Below are positions 46,152 through 59,328 of a stretch of 64,000 nucleotides of DNA, piece after piece (positions within the stretch are counted from its first letter, which is position 1; every line of letters starts with the position of its first letter). The stretch comes from Macrostomum lignano (lineage: Eukaryota). Under the pieces are notes generated by a model that had not been told where the DNA came from, did no database searches, and worked only from the letters and a program-made list of their open reading frames with translations. Made by a program: the position numbers and the translations under genes. The stretch spans positions 45,731 through 109,730 of the forward strand of contig NIVC01001155.1 of assembly GCA_002269645.1 (NCBI GenBank), read 5' to 3'.

Positions 46152-46920
46152 TCACAACCGCTAAACTTCACAACCGCTAAATCTCATCTACTTTCACAAC
46201 CGCGAAACTTCACAAACGCTAAAATTTTTGCACTTACTTTCATATACAACAGTCTTTTTAGCGGTTGCGAAGTTTCGCGGTTGTGAAGTTTCGCGGTTGT
46301 GAAAGTAGATGACATTTAGCGGTTGTGAAGTTTCGCGTTTGTGAAGTTTAGCGGTTGTGAAGTTTCGCGTTTGTGAAGTTTAGCGTTTGTGAAGTTTAGC
46401 GTTTGTTAAGTTTAGCGTTTGTTAAGTTTAGCGTTTGTTAAGTTTCGCGTTTGTGAAGTTTAGCGTTTGTGAAGTTTAGCGTTTGTGAAGTTTCGCGTTT
46501 GTGAAGTTTAGCGTTTGTGAAGTTTAGCGTTTGTTAAGTTTAGCGTTTGTTAAGTTTAGCGTTTTGAAGTTTCGCGGTTGTGAAGTTTAGCGTTTGTTAC
46601 GTTTAGCGTTTGTGAAGTTTAGCGTTTGTGAAGTTTAGCGTTTGTTAAGTTTAGCGTTTTGAAGTTTCGCGGTTGTGAAGTTTAGCGTTTGTTAAGTTTA
46701 GCGTTTGTGAAGTTTAGCGTTTGTGAAGTTTAGCGTTTGTTAAGTTTAGCGTTTGTTAAGTTTAGCGTTTGTTAAGTTTAGCGTTTGTGAAGTTTAGCGT
46801 TTGTTAAGTTTAGCGTTTGTGAAGTTTAGCGTTTGTGAAGTTTAGCGTTTGTGAAGTTTAGCGTTTTGAAGTTTCGCGGTTGTGAAAGTAGGTGATTTAG
46901 CGGTTGTGAAATTTCGCGTT
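46152..46920. mobile_element. Asymmetric foldback element of 16-bp subrepeats (AAGTTTAGCG(G/T)TTGTG)
   Basis: Short left arm (46152-46225, CACAACCGCTAAACTT), ~35-bp spacer, long expanded right arm. Confidence 0.7.
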
Positions 46921-47581
46921 TGCGAAAGCAACCCCTTTCTTCTAGTAGTCTTTTGGCATTGTTCTGCGAATCTTCAAATTATTTATATAGTGCCTTGCGT
47001 TGGAATTGGAAATTGTATTGGTAAAGTTGATATTACGACTGGCGACTCGTATAAACCACGCATCGTACCCTATGGTTTTCAATGCACTGGATTCAAATAA
47101 TTCAACCAATCGTGAAAAATCAGGGGCACCTGATTGATACAATTTTTAGGACAAATTGTTTTTCTTTTTTTAAATTATCGAGTTTTTTTTTCTAGTAGTA
47201 AAATTAGAAAGTAGAAAGAGCGATTCAGTTGTACGATATAAAATTGGTTTTTAATGCAGACGTATAAAACCCAAGGAGCTGCAGCTAGGGAAAGCAGCAA
47301 TTGCTGTATGGTGCACTTAAAAGCAGGCGGCTCGAGGCCGGCGCGAGCGCTACTAGCTGCGATTGGAAAGCGGCTAGGCTTCGGCCCGTCTGCGATTTTC
47401 TGCTACACGTAGCAGGCGGCCCAGCAGCATTCCTCGGCGCATGCCGCCCGCAGCTGCTACGCCAACCGCTACGTAGTATGCTACCCGCCTGCCTGAGTCA
47501 AGGTCTGGCGTCTGCTTCTCCACAGCCCCACAATGGCATATCTCAATCATTGTGGGCTGGCCCGAGCTAGCGGGAGCCCAC

Positions 47582-47624
47582 CCAAGGATTCCTCTATAAC
47601 TTCTAGTTATAGAGGAATCCTTGG
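47582..47624. other. Perfect 20-bp inverted repeat with 3-nt loop
   Basis: CCAAGGATTCCTCTATAACT-TCT-AGTTATAGAGGAATCCTTGG. Confidence 0.95.
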
Positions 47625-48144
47625 CCCACCCCACCGTGGAGCGGACCGCACTCGCGGGTTATTCTTAGCGTGGGATGGTCTCCGCTAGCTGGCGGCCATA
47701 AACTGCATCTGTCTCTGTGTCGCGGAGGTGGGCGGGCGTCTTTTGGAGGGGCTTTTATTTTTGCCCCGGGCAGCTCAGACCCGGCTGCTTAGTTTCGCTC
47801 TTGAACACGCAATTTTTCCTTCGACTTCATTTGTCCTTTTTAATCCCCAAACCTATCGAAATTGAGAGCAATAAATATATTCGATTTATCACCGGATAAC
47901 CTCCTTCCTGTCCTTCCTCGGCGTCGTTCGCTAAAAGTACGTTACTGCAATTGGGAAGAAAAAAGTGTTACCTGTCCCCCTTTTCCAGTGTTCTTTTCCG
48001 AAAATTTTTCTACAATATAGTCAGGTTGTAAATTTCAGGGTACGAGCTTGCTAGATTCCTGGCGAGGTTTCAGTCACTAGCAGCTCAAAATTCAGAGACG
48101 ATTGGACTCAGATTCTCGACTTCCCGGTCGCTGAGACCTGCTGA

Positions 48145-51100
48145 ATGGCCGGTGTCGAGTGTCACTCAGGCTGGTTGCCTGAAGTCAATTGCGACAGTCG
48201 AGAGATCGAGAGAATTCTGAAAGAGCTACAAAATACAAACAATACATGGATGAAAGGTTTCTGCCAGCTTGCTATTGCCCACCTGTATACTCTACCTGGC
48301 TTCTGTAATTTGACTGAAGCATGGAAGGCTCTGAATTCCGCCAGTCAGCCAGACGAAGAGGTAGAACATAACTTATTTAACCTACCGACCATTGACATTC
48401 GATTTCTTGCCACAGCAGTGAAACTAAGGCTTGAGAAAATGCAGCTAGGACACCCATCTAAGCACGAAGATTTAAAGAATGAATTAACGACTTTATGGGC
48501 AGCTCAGGATGAGTCGGTGAAGGCGACTTGCTTGGTTGCCAAAGGCTGGACGATGCACTGGTTTGCAGTCGGACCGCAGCGAGACGAAGTTTTGAAAGTG
48601 TGCCACAAAGCATTGAAGGATGCTCAAAAAAAATTAGCCACTATACCTGATGCTGCTGATCAATTGAGTCATGTAACATTTCTCTGTCTGTTCGAGCTGG
48701 CTTGTACATTTTTCCGACGGCGAAAAGATGAGCAGAAAATTTTTCAGGAAGAACTTGACCTGTGGACTACTTCCAAAATGTTATATGATGAAAACGAATG
48801 GAATCACCCGCTGTTTGAGCTTGAATTTCACAGGGCCGTCGCCTCCATTCCGCTGTACTTTGATGACTGCAGAACTTTCGCCGATGAGAAGTATTGTGAA
48901 ATCATGAATAAGTCTAGCTTGTTGAATCAACTCTTTGAAGCTTATTGCACTCTTCCGGAAATCTACGACGTGCTGAAGAAACAAAAAAAGGCAGAGATTT
49001 GGCACAGGATTTCGAAACTAAAGTAAGTAAATTGCTGGAAGAGGGAACCAATTTCAACGAATGTTCGATGCGTAAAAGATTTTTGCATCGAAGAATCGTG
49101 GCAGCTGATCTAGAGGACGCGATCGACATGCTCAAAAGTGAAGAGAACGAGTACTGGTTTGCCAATAGACTCATCATGCTAGAATTAAAATTGTATTTTG
49201 CTGATGAATCGATGTTCTCTTCTTGATTCGTTGAAAATTTCATGCAACGCTTCGAGTCTCTCTGCATTAATATTCCACTGAAGGCTTCAAAATTTCGCTT
49301 GAAAAAAGGCATATTTCTGTTGAAGTGCGGCAGAGTCAAAGAAGGAATGCACAGCCTCACCTGGGCAATGAACGACTATCTGCATTCTCCGTTAAGCTTT
49401 GAGCCTTCTAACTTTGTTAAGCTAAAGGATGCAGAGTCGTTTTTGAAGGATTCTGGATCTGATTTTTATCTGATTTGGATTGAAAGTCAGTTTAAAACTG
49501 ATTTTAAGACTTATCACGTCGATGGCTCCATTAAAAAGTACCGGACTGAGTTCACAAGGAAAGATCTGACGAACGAACATCGCCATTTCATCAGTGAGCA
49601 CATCGGAAGGCTGCTGATGCAGAAGTCACAATTTGAAGAGGCGGAGCAAATGTTCAGGTCTCTACCTGACGCACTAGAGCACAAAAACGCAATGATTGCT
49701 GACTCTCTATTGTGCCAGGCGGAGATTTTGTCGAGCGGTGATGACGTCACAGAAGTTTGCAAGGCCAAGCTACAGGAGTTTAAAGCACAGCCAGATAATG
49801 CAGTTCACATAACCAGCATCGGGATGCGGCTGTACCTGCTGAACGAGTGTGCAAAGCTGGGCTGCAGAGACGCCATTCATGAGGCGCTGCTTCTGCTGGA
49901 GGACATCCGGAAGGAGAGTGGCAGAGGTTACTTGTTGCAGCAAGCTCCAAACCATTTGTTCATGCACAGCACTTGCGTCTACGTGTTCTGCTCCCGGCTG
50001 CTTCGGCTGAGAGAGCAGGGCTTCCAAATTGAGCGAAGAAAAAGTTTTGTAGACTCTAGCTGTGACCAGATGGGTGACATGCTAGACAAAGTAGAGCAAA
50101 TCTTGGCCACTGAGTTGTATCCCAGAAGAATTCGACTGAAAATGACACAGCTGAGCTTGAAGTATGAATCAGTAGAGGAAATGCTTCAGAGTCCCGAGGC
50201 TGAGCGCAGCATTTGGCACACCCTAGAAGAGTCCCGAAAAGCGCTCGATAGCTTCTGGACTCAATTCGTCTCTAAATTGGAGAAGCAGGAAGCTGTCTCC
50301 GAGTCTAAGAGCGTTCCGAGATATTACCCATTTGCCCGCCATAGCTGTGATCTGAAAAGCAGCACTGAAAGCTTTTCAAACATTTTCAAAAACAATTGGA
50401 GCGATCAAGCAAAACTGTTTACTTCACTACTTCAAAGCTTGAAAAGCACAATTGAATGCCTCGACAAGGCTAAGGAGGAGGGACACGAACTTAATGAATG
50501 CTTGAATGCTCTGGAAAATATTGACGAAGCTAAGTTAAAAGATGAAGTATCAGATGATCAGCTAAACGATTTCAAACATAAACTGGAGAAGCTCAAGAAA
50601 TTTCGCAACACTGCGACAAGTTCCGCATGTAGTAGTCAGTCAAAGCAAGCAGGCTCAATCGACAGGCTTAGAAATTCCAGTGAGAAATTTAACGAAATGC
50701 TACAGAAACCATTCCCACTCGCGTTTCGAGCGAATGACGAAGTCTGTAAATGGATGATCCGGAAGGAAGAAGCCATTGATTCTAACCAAGGTTGTTGGCA
50801 TGTACACTGGTGCAACGAAGTCAACTCAGATAAGCACGATGAGCAGGTTAATCTTGCCAAATTCAACGAAAAAATAAAAAAAAGATTTAATCAGAAGCAG
50901 AGTGGGCCAGTAGATGTTCTGGCTTTGGCTCATTACGCTGCGGAATTCGCTGAAGAGGCCAGGCTCGTTCTCGAAGAGTACACGGTAAGTTTTTCTTAAT
51001 TCTATTTTTTTAAGAATCAAAGTAACTGTTTTGATTAGACGTTGTAAAATGGAGATCATCGAACAAAGATGATTCAAATGCTGTTTTTAAGCTCTTTTCG

Positions 51101-54100
51101 ATAGTGTAGCAGGTGTAATTTTACTTATTTGTTCCATCTCGCAATTTCCACTAAATGCCACCAAGTTGTAGCAGATTTATTTGTTCTGCCTAATTGAATC
51201 ACTCCGTTTGTTACGAGCGTATGACTCTTTTCTAGAAAATTTCCTGATTCACTAGATTTCTTTGGTAAGACACTGTTCTAAATTCATAAATTAAGCCCGA
51301 AATTACAGCGTTTCCGGGGACCAAGGGTGTCCGGCGGCGAGCCTTAATACCTAATATTTGTCTGTCTTCTAATGCCTAATAATTAACATCTAATCTTATG
51401 GCCTTCTTAATACCCCTTGAGCCTGTACGGCTTTATCTCTACTACTGGGTCTGTACGACCTCTATTGCCTGTACGGCCTTTTCCCTACTTCTGGCATAAG
51501 AAATGAATAAGCAAAGATCATGTCTCAGCAGAAATTTCCTTTAGCAAAAGAGGCAAGCTAGGAACAAACTGGAGCTTGCCCAAGTTAGCTGGTTTTATTT
51601 TCATGCCAGGCGAAGCTTTTATATAATAAACAGAGGGGGTGTGGGGTGCATCGTAATTGGCGGGGACAACTTAAAACAAAATTAGATAAGAATTTTAGCA
51701 AAACTAGGATTTATAAAAAATAATACTGTATAAAACAAAGGATTTCTGATTACTTGCTAAATTACATTCGCATGTAGCTACTTATAGTAATACAATGGGG
51801 ATTGGCCAGACCCTACATCAATAGCAAAAGCAGACGTTTGAAATATTTTGCTAAGCTTTGACGTTAGCATAAACTTAAATTCACTTAGAAGCTCGGCTGA
51901 AAATATAAAATACGGATTCTATTCCACTTTTTCTATTTTTAAATTTTAGAGAACCGAAAGTAGTGGGGTAAAAAAATTGCTGACATTTGCAAACATTTAA
52001 TTTTCCGACAGATCTATAAAACTCGGTTTACAACCAATATACCCTGTATCATAAAACTAAATTCGATTTGCAGTACCCAGAGTTAACCATTCCAACGAAG
52101 CCAGACGCCATCGGTGAAAACTTCGAGTGGAGCCTTGTCTGCTACTCGTGTGCTCAGCCGAACGACGTCCTGCGCAGCAGATGGAGCCGCTTGCAGAATG
52201 ATTGTGCCAACTGTGACAAGTGCATTCTTTTGGTCAGAGAGAAGGCCAGTGCGGCACCAAGTGACGTTTGGCAGCGTGTCCGACCCAGACCAAGGAAACT
52301 CGTCAAGCTGGACATGTGCAGGAGGTACAGCGACATCAAATCCTGCAACGGCTGCAAGCGTTCTGAATGCGACTTCGCCCATGGAGACGCGGAGCTGCGG
52401 CTGTGGGAGCTGGAGAGAATCGGCAAGTTCTCCTTCAACAAGCTGCTGGAGTCCAAACGATCAGCTGGGTCAGAACTGCCGCTGATTCTCTGCGAGCGAC
52501 CTGCGGTCGAAGGAGGCTCGGAGCTCCAGATTGTCTACACGGGTCCGGAGTCGCTTCCCGCCAGACTCCCTACTGGGAAAGCACAAAATTCCTGCTATTC
52601 GCTCTGCAACTCGCTACTTGAAGGAACTGAGTGCCAGCATCAAGGCATATGCTTCAGTGCACACTGTGCTGAGGAGGAGCAGCTGTGGAACATCATGCAA
52701 CAGAAAAGAGGTAGAATCGAGATGCTTACATAATCCTAATCTTTACGTTATAGCTCGTAATATTGAATAACATAGAGTTAAGGCTCGTGTTACAATTCAT
52801 TAACTCTTTCAGATAATTGGCCCGAACATCTGGTTTTAAGAATCGACAAAATCGAGCCCGAACTCATTGGCTGGAGCCTCGAATCGAGCTGCGACTACAT
52901 GTACAAGCTGACCTGCTACAGGTGCTCCGAATCACTGGATCCTCTGAGAAGCAGATTCAAGCTGAAGGAAACACAGAACTGTGAGCGGTGCGACCAGAGC
53001 ATCCTGCTGGTCAGATCGAAGAACAATCAAATCAACAAGTGGCAACGCATCCGAGACAGACAAGGACATCTGGTCATATGTGATCTCTACCAATCAAACA
53101 AATGCAGGCGCTCCGAATGTGACTTCGCTCATGGCGATATGGAACTGAAGCTGTGGAAGCTGGAGAGAATCGGCAAGTTGTCCTTCGACAAGCTACTGAA
53201 GTCCAAACTGCCGCTGATTCTCTGCGAGCGGCCTGTGGTCAAAGGAGGCTCGGAGCCCCAGATTGTCTACACGGGTCCGGAGCCGCTTCCCGCCAGACTC
53301 CCTGAGAAACGTAAAGATTTCCACACTCTTTGCAACTCGCTGTTTGAAAGAAAAGAGTGCCCACAATACAAGTATAATCGCGGCAACTGCTTCTATGCTC
53401 ACTGTGCCGAGGAAGAGCAGCTGTGGAACATATTGCGAAAGAAAAGGGGTAAAATAATCATATTTATATGCTATTAGAGTACGTTTTTAACCTTCGCCAT
53501 TCTCTCTTCGTAAATTAGAACCATGGTTTGGACCATATAGATCTTATATTCCCTAGATAGGCCACTTTGTATGGCGTAAATAGAGAAAGCGCGACCGCTG
53601 TTTTTCGTCACTTGTGCGAAAAAGCCGACATGGGTTGCTTAAATTTTGAGTTAAGTAGCTTAGGGACACAGACGCTATTTTTGAGAATTTAATAGAACTT
53701 CTCATGAATTTAATAAAAAGCTACTCAATCAAACTATGAATTGTGCATGTACTGCAGAGACAACGGACGAAATTGAGTTCAGTAGTTGATTTTCGCGCTG
53801 TCGCGAGTTGCAAATGTTTTTACATTAGCTTTTATGGCCACATGAGTGGTTAATGAGTGGCCCATCTTGTGTATATATGATCTTTGGTTTGGACCCATGA
53901 TTGATTTGAGTGCGCATTTTAGCAGTGTGCATTGTAACACGATATAAATGTGTAAAAGCGTGCATTAAACGCTAAAAGCGTGCTTAAATGGCTCGTGATC
54001 GCGTATTGGCTGGAGTCATTTAATGTACGAGAAATGTATATCGTGTTACAATACAACTCAAGACTTGGTTTTTCTGGCTTAAATGTCTAGGTCACGAGTG

Positions 54101-54603
54101 CGCACTGTGCTCAAAACCAAGTATTGAATCCTATATTCGGCTGTAAAGGTTTTGATAAGCGGAATTTTCATCTATGGATCATCCTGTCAAATAGGGTCTC
54201 ATTTTGAATTGCAGAATTGTATGCGAAAATTGTATCTTTAGCTATCAGAGATTTACTGTGTGCCAACTAAATCATGTTACCCTTCCCATATAATCTGTCT
54301 ATATTAGACGCTGTTTTCTTGGCCTCTACCTACATGTACAAAATGCAATACAGAGTTACCTCTTACGCTCGTATCCAACATGCTCAATTAAATTTAGAGA
54401 AGTGGCCTCAGGAGCTGCGAGCACTGATCGACCGAATCCCGCCTCAGCAACAACCGAGGCAGCAACAGCAGCAGAAGCAAGGAAGTTTCGGAACTGAACA
54501 ACATTCCTTCGGAGGATGCGGCGCCCACAGGGCCAGCAACAGCAGATCAGAGCGGGGCTGCGCGGTAGGTCAGGATGCTCCTTGCTCAACGCAACAGCAA
54601 TAA
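48145..54603 (+). CDS. Copy B: long helical/TPR-like region plus two ZC3H7-type CCCH zinc-finger modules and a Gln-rich tail (about 1445 aa if both lesions are bypassed); may be a pseudogene
   Basis: Exons 48145-50984, 51950-51967, 52074-52710, 52813-53448 and 54398-54603 with consistent phases (0,0,1,1). Motifs WQRVRPRP...C...CDFAHGDAELRLWELER and C...C...C..AHCAEEEQLW occur twice. Frameshift at 48984-48990 and TGA at 49224-49226. Confidence 0.72.
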
Positions 54604-55121
54604 GGAACTTGGCGGCCGGCAACATCAAATCAGAGCGGGACTGCACCATCTGCTGTAGGTCAGGCTGCTTCTTACCCACCACAACAGCAATGAAGTCGGC
54701 CGCCAGCAACATCAGGTCAGCGGAAGGACAAAATTCGCGACACAGAGAAGTCAGAGGGCCAGCAGAGCTCCAAGAGCATCAGATTCGAGGATCTCCTTGA
54801 AGAGGAAGGATAAGCAATGCTTTTAAAAGACTGTCCTTGCTGAATTTTTCCTATCTACTATACTTGTACTTACACTTAAGTTATTCGTCTAACTCTCTGA
54901 AACAGCTTCCCGAAATTGAAACAAATTTTAGCGCACAAGGGCCGCTAAAAAGGAATCCGCGCAGTTTTGTCTTAATAAAATCAAATGAAACTCTGATTGA
55001 TGAAATCAACCTATACCTAACAAAAATGTGCTCGTGCCTTGATCAGATCCCTCATTTGTGCGATGGATCAAATTTGGTCTACAAAGTGAACAAAAATCTA
55101 AGAAAAGCAAAATTCAATTTG

Positions 55122-55455
55122 GCCCGGCTATAGACTACAGAAACGTATTTATTCCCCACTTGGGCCCGGCCATAGACTACAGAAACGTATTTATTCCCCA
55201 CTTGGGCCCGGCCATAGACTACAGAAATGTATTTATTCCCCACTTGGGCCCGGCCATAGACTACAGAAACATATTTATTCTCCCCTTGGGCCCGGCCATA
55301 GACTACAGAAACGTATTTATTCTCCCCTTGGGCCCGGCCATAGACTACAGAAACGTATTTATTCCCCACTTGGGCCCGGCCATAGACTACAGAAACATAT
55401 TTATTCTCCCCTTGGGCCCGGCCATAGACTACAGAAACGTATTTATTCCTCACTG
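55122..55455. repeat. 42-bp minisatellite GCCATAGACTACAGAAACGTATTTATTCCCCACTTGGGCCCG, about 8 units (copy B)
   Basis: Direct reading; paralogue of 41963-42275. Confidence 0.92.
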
Positions 55456-58079
55456 GCGCAATAAAGCTTCAAAACTTTATAAAGTTTTATTTCTTTTATC
55501 AGCCTTTTTATCGACTTGTCTATATTTGCTAATCTATATTCGTGATCTGCAATATTACTTAATTACCTTCAGTCCACCACTATTATAATAATTAAATAAG
55601 CGCCGTGCAGTCGGTACTTTAATTTTACATTTTTTCATTTTAAAAATTGTATTGAAGCACGAAACAGTTAAAATCGATTTTTATTTCTCGAGTCTCCGGT
55701 TTACAGTCTTTGCCTTTTTCGGTACTTTTGCTAGTCAAGCCAGTTTATGGCAGGTTTTTAAACCGTTGAAACTTTTTCCAGTCTCTGGTTTACAGTTTGT
55801 GGTTTTCTCGCGGTAGGTTTGTTAGTTAAACCATCTTTGCAATTACCAGTTTATTAACCATAACTCATAATTGCAATATCCTTTAAACTCCCTCCAAGCT
55901 TTTGCCGTTATGTATGCACTAATAGGTGGCAGAGTTATTAAGTGTTGCTTCACAGACTATGGCTGTGGATAATTTTATGCTACTAATTTTTTATCATCAT
56001 AACTTTTCCATATCTTCTCGGCTATCCGCAAGATATTTATATGCATATTAACTATAAACTAATACGTCGATATATGAGGTTAACGCTATCCCCATCTGGA
56101 TATGTCTACCGGCCTGTGGGGCTACGCTTATTGCGCATCTGAAAAGAAGCTTCAACAGAGTCTAATATTGATGTCTTGAATTTTACTTTTTAAGCAACAG
56201 TATTACTGTTGGTAGTACTACAGTACGAGCTAGCAGTAGTACTTCGCCCCTTCAACTGCACACGCGTGTGCTTGCTGATCAACGTCAGCAAATGCACTCT
56301 GTTGGAATGAGGTTCTTCCCAGCTGCTTTACAAGGAAGTAGTGAATGTGTCGTCAGTGGAATGTCCATGCAAGATGTCTTCGAGCTGTCGCAGAGTCACT
56401 CTTAGACCTGCACCCAGTTTCCGTTGAACACGATGATGCACGTGCTTTTTTCTATTGCTGAAGTTCTATCATAGCTCGTATTATATAAATATCGGCTTGC
56501 GAGCTTCAGATATAGAGTTTTCTAGTGCTCAACAAACTGCGACATGTATATAGTAGTCTCAGAAAGAATATAATTGAGTTACTACACATTTCATAGTATC
56601 TTGAAACTGTTGCTCAACTTGATCCAACTCGTCCAGAAAAGTCTGTCGACCTGTGGCTTCTTGCCGAAAGAGTGCGTCATAGAATGCATTGAGCAGCTTC
56701 ATTTTATGTGCTAGTCGTGTTCTGTAGTGGCTGCACCGGATGCTTTGAGCCGCTGCTCCGCCTAATGATTGATGGTCATGACTTCGTATTGAAAAAACGT
56801 TCGAGACGTTCTCACCAAGATGAAGGTCACAAGGTCACCACATCAGGCCCTTGCCGAAAGCCATGGCCACATGGCAATGCCTTCGCATACGTAGGGATCC
56901 GTCAGTGAAGCTACGCGTTGGAATGGTGCACTTTGATGTATTGACGACTGTGACGATATGGGGGAGTGGGAGTAAGCGCGTGCTCTCAGCAATAAGCTCA
57001 AAGGGTAATGAATTTATCACAGTTTAAACTCGTTGCACCTTTTATTGCCTCAGCTCGGATAATCATGCAGGTGCAGCGGTGGCAATTTGAGATGGTGTTG
57101 AGCCTATCGTAGGGGGTAGATGGGTACGGATGGCTCGGCAGATGCTACTGTTCTGTTGCACGAAGGAAAAAGAAATCAGAGAACGAGCCTATCTATTTTG
57201 AAGTTTCGCAATCCAGGTTCTGGTTTTAGGCGTCCTTGGCTCAGCGCTGTGACCAAATGAAGGGATATAGGGCTGTTTACGCGGGTTTGTGCCAGACGTG
57301 CACTATAAGAACAAAGAGATAGAATATTCTTACTCCGCGCGCTGGGCGGAGGGGTTTTATTTTAGCATTAAAAAACTGGACCGCAACATTGTGTTCCCCA
57401 TAGTTCGCATATTTGTGCTTCCATTTATTTTGGCCTCAACCGACCGCTGAGTTAGTTTAGGGTGGCCCTGAAAAGGGCCGTTTGACTTTCCAGTCACCTC
57501 TTAATACACAATAGCTAGTCTGCAGCTGGTGCAGTCGGTGCAGCCGGTCCCGCATTGTCTTCAGCTCAAACGCCGCTGGACCAGACGAAACACGCGTAAG
57601 CGATGCTGAATCGGATGATATCCGTGTAGATCCACTGGACCGTCTGTGGAGAGAGCTCCCATGCAGGCAGGCGCAATGTCTCTCATTTGTGCAGAGCATC
57701 ACTTAATTAGCGCACCGATGACATTGACAACATGCTTGGTCCAGCGGCGTAGATCATGCGTGAGCGTTACGACTCGTACAGTTCAAGGACGACTGAAAAA
57801 ATCTATATATCTACTTACCTACTTCAAGCAATCTAATTAAGTAGTCCTTAAAGCGTTTCACCTAGGCATTTTGTTTCTTGTGGGATTTCCTTTCTATAGA
57901 TGGTGTCTCGCATGCTCCACCACTTCCGCTTTCTGGTGAAAATAATGGCCACCGTCGTCTTGGCGGTTGCTAATTTATAGTGAGGCAATGTTGGGTGGCC
58001 CCAATGTTGGGGCGAACTGCTGCATCAGGTTAATTCCGGAGAAAGCTGGTGTTCAGGGCCACTGAAAAAAGCTGCGACA

Positions 58080-59294
58080 TCCGCGTAACCGCGCGGCTCT
58101 GATGATGCTGCTGGGGGCGTCAACCGTCAGGAGTTCGTCGTCGATCACAAGATTCCAGAGCGCAGAAATCACTGCCTGTCTGGCAGAGCGACCCGACCAT
58201 CAGGCAGTCGCGGCTCAACATCGAGCGACTCGGCAGAAACCGGCGGCCCGGGGGCGACGCTGAAGACGCGTTTGAGCGAGCAAGCCGCTGTCGACAACGC
58301 CGCCAGGTCCATCACTGCAGCCGGCCCTGACGTAAAGAGCCGCGCAGTGTGGACGGCCGTCCGGACTCTGACGGAGAGCAAAAAGCGCGTGGCGCTGAAT
58401 CTGGCCGGCGACACCCCGGAGGAGCGCAGGAATGAATTGCGGACTTCTTCGCCGGCATCGTGAACGCACCCGCCTGGACTGTCGCGCACATCGTGCCGAT
58501 GACAAAGAAGGCAAGAAAAACGCGGAAAGAAGACCACCGCAGGATTTCGCTGATGTCCGGCACCGCGAAGCTCTTCAACCGGCTGCTGCTCGATCGTCTG
58601 CAGTCGGTGCTGGACCCGTACCTGCTGTACGAGCTGAACGGATTCCGGACCCAACGCGGTATAGTGACAGTGGTACAGGGCACTCGGCCGTGTCATCAAG
58701 GAGGCGCGCCAGATCGACAGGTCTGACCTGACCTGACCTGACATGCCGCGGCGCAGACGGGCAGATGACCAAGCTCGCACGCTTCCAGCGGTTCACCTAC
58801 CTCGGCGGTCTGGTGCCTCACGTGGAGGAAGCCCTCGGCTTGACTGTTGCAGGCAGTGTTCGAAACCGTCCTGCTCTACAACCCCGAGACGTGAACGCTG
58901 ACGGCTACGCTGGAGCGGCAGACTCAGCGCACTCAGGGCTGCTCCGCGCGGTCTTTCGAGCTGACGAGAGCGTCGGGACCGAGGCCCTGAGTGATCGGGC
59001 CAAGCTGCAGCGCCCGTACATCATCCTGCGCTGGCGGCGACTTTATCTGGTGGGCCACGTGATCCGGGCTGAGGGCTACTGCCCCCTATCTGTTCAGGAC
59101 GTCTTGCTGCTCACCATGCAGGGCCCGCTCAGGCGGGGTCAGGCCCAAACCCGTCGATACGTGGACTGCCTCCTACGCGACGCCGGGGTGCCCGACACTG
59201 CCAACGGGGTGGACTTCGTCCACTCTCAGGCTCTGCGGCGCGCCATCTGACGCACCCTGCTCTGTGACTTTGATTGCGGGACCGCGTGTTTTGT

Positions 59295-59328
<34 letters not shown>

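Larger units (their letters stand above)
47855..56510 (+). repeat. Segmental duplication copy B (partner 37150-43955); boundaries approximate
   Basis: See copy A. Confidence 0.9.
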
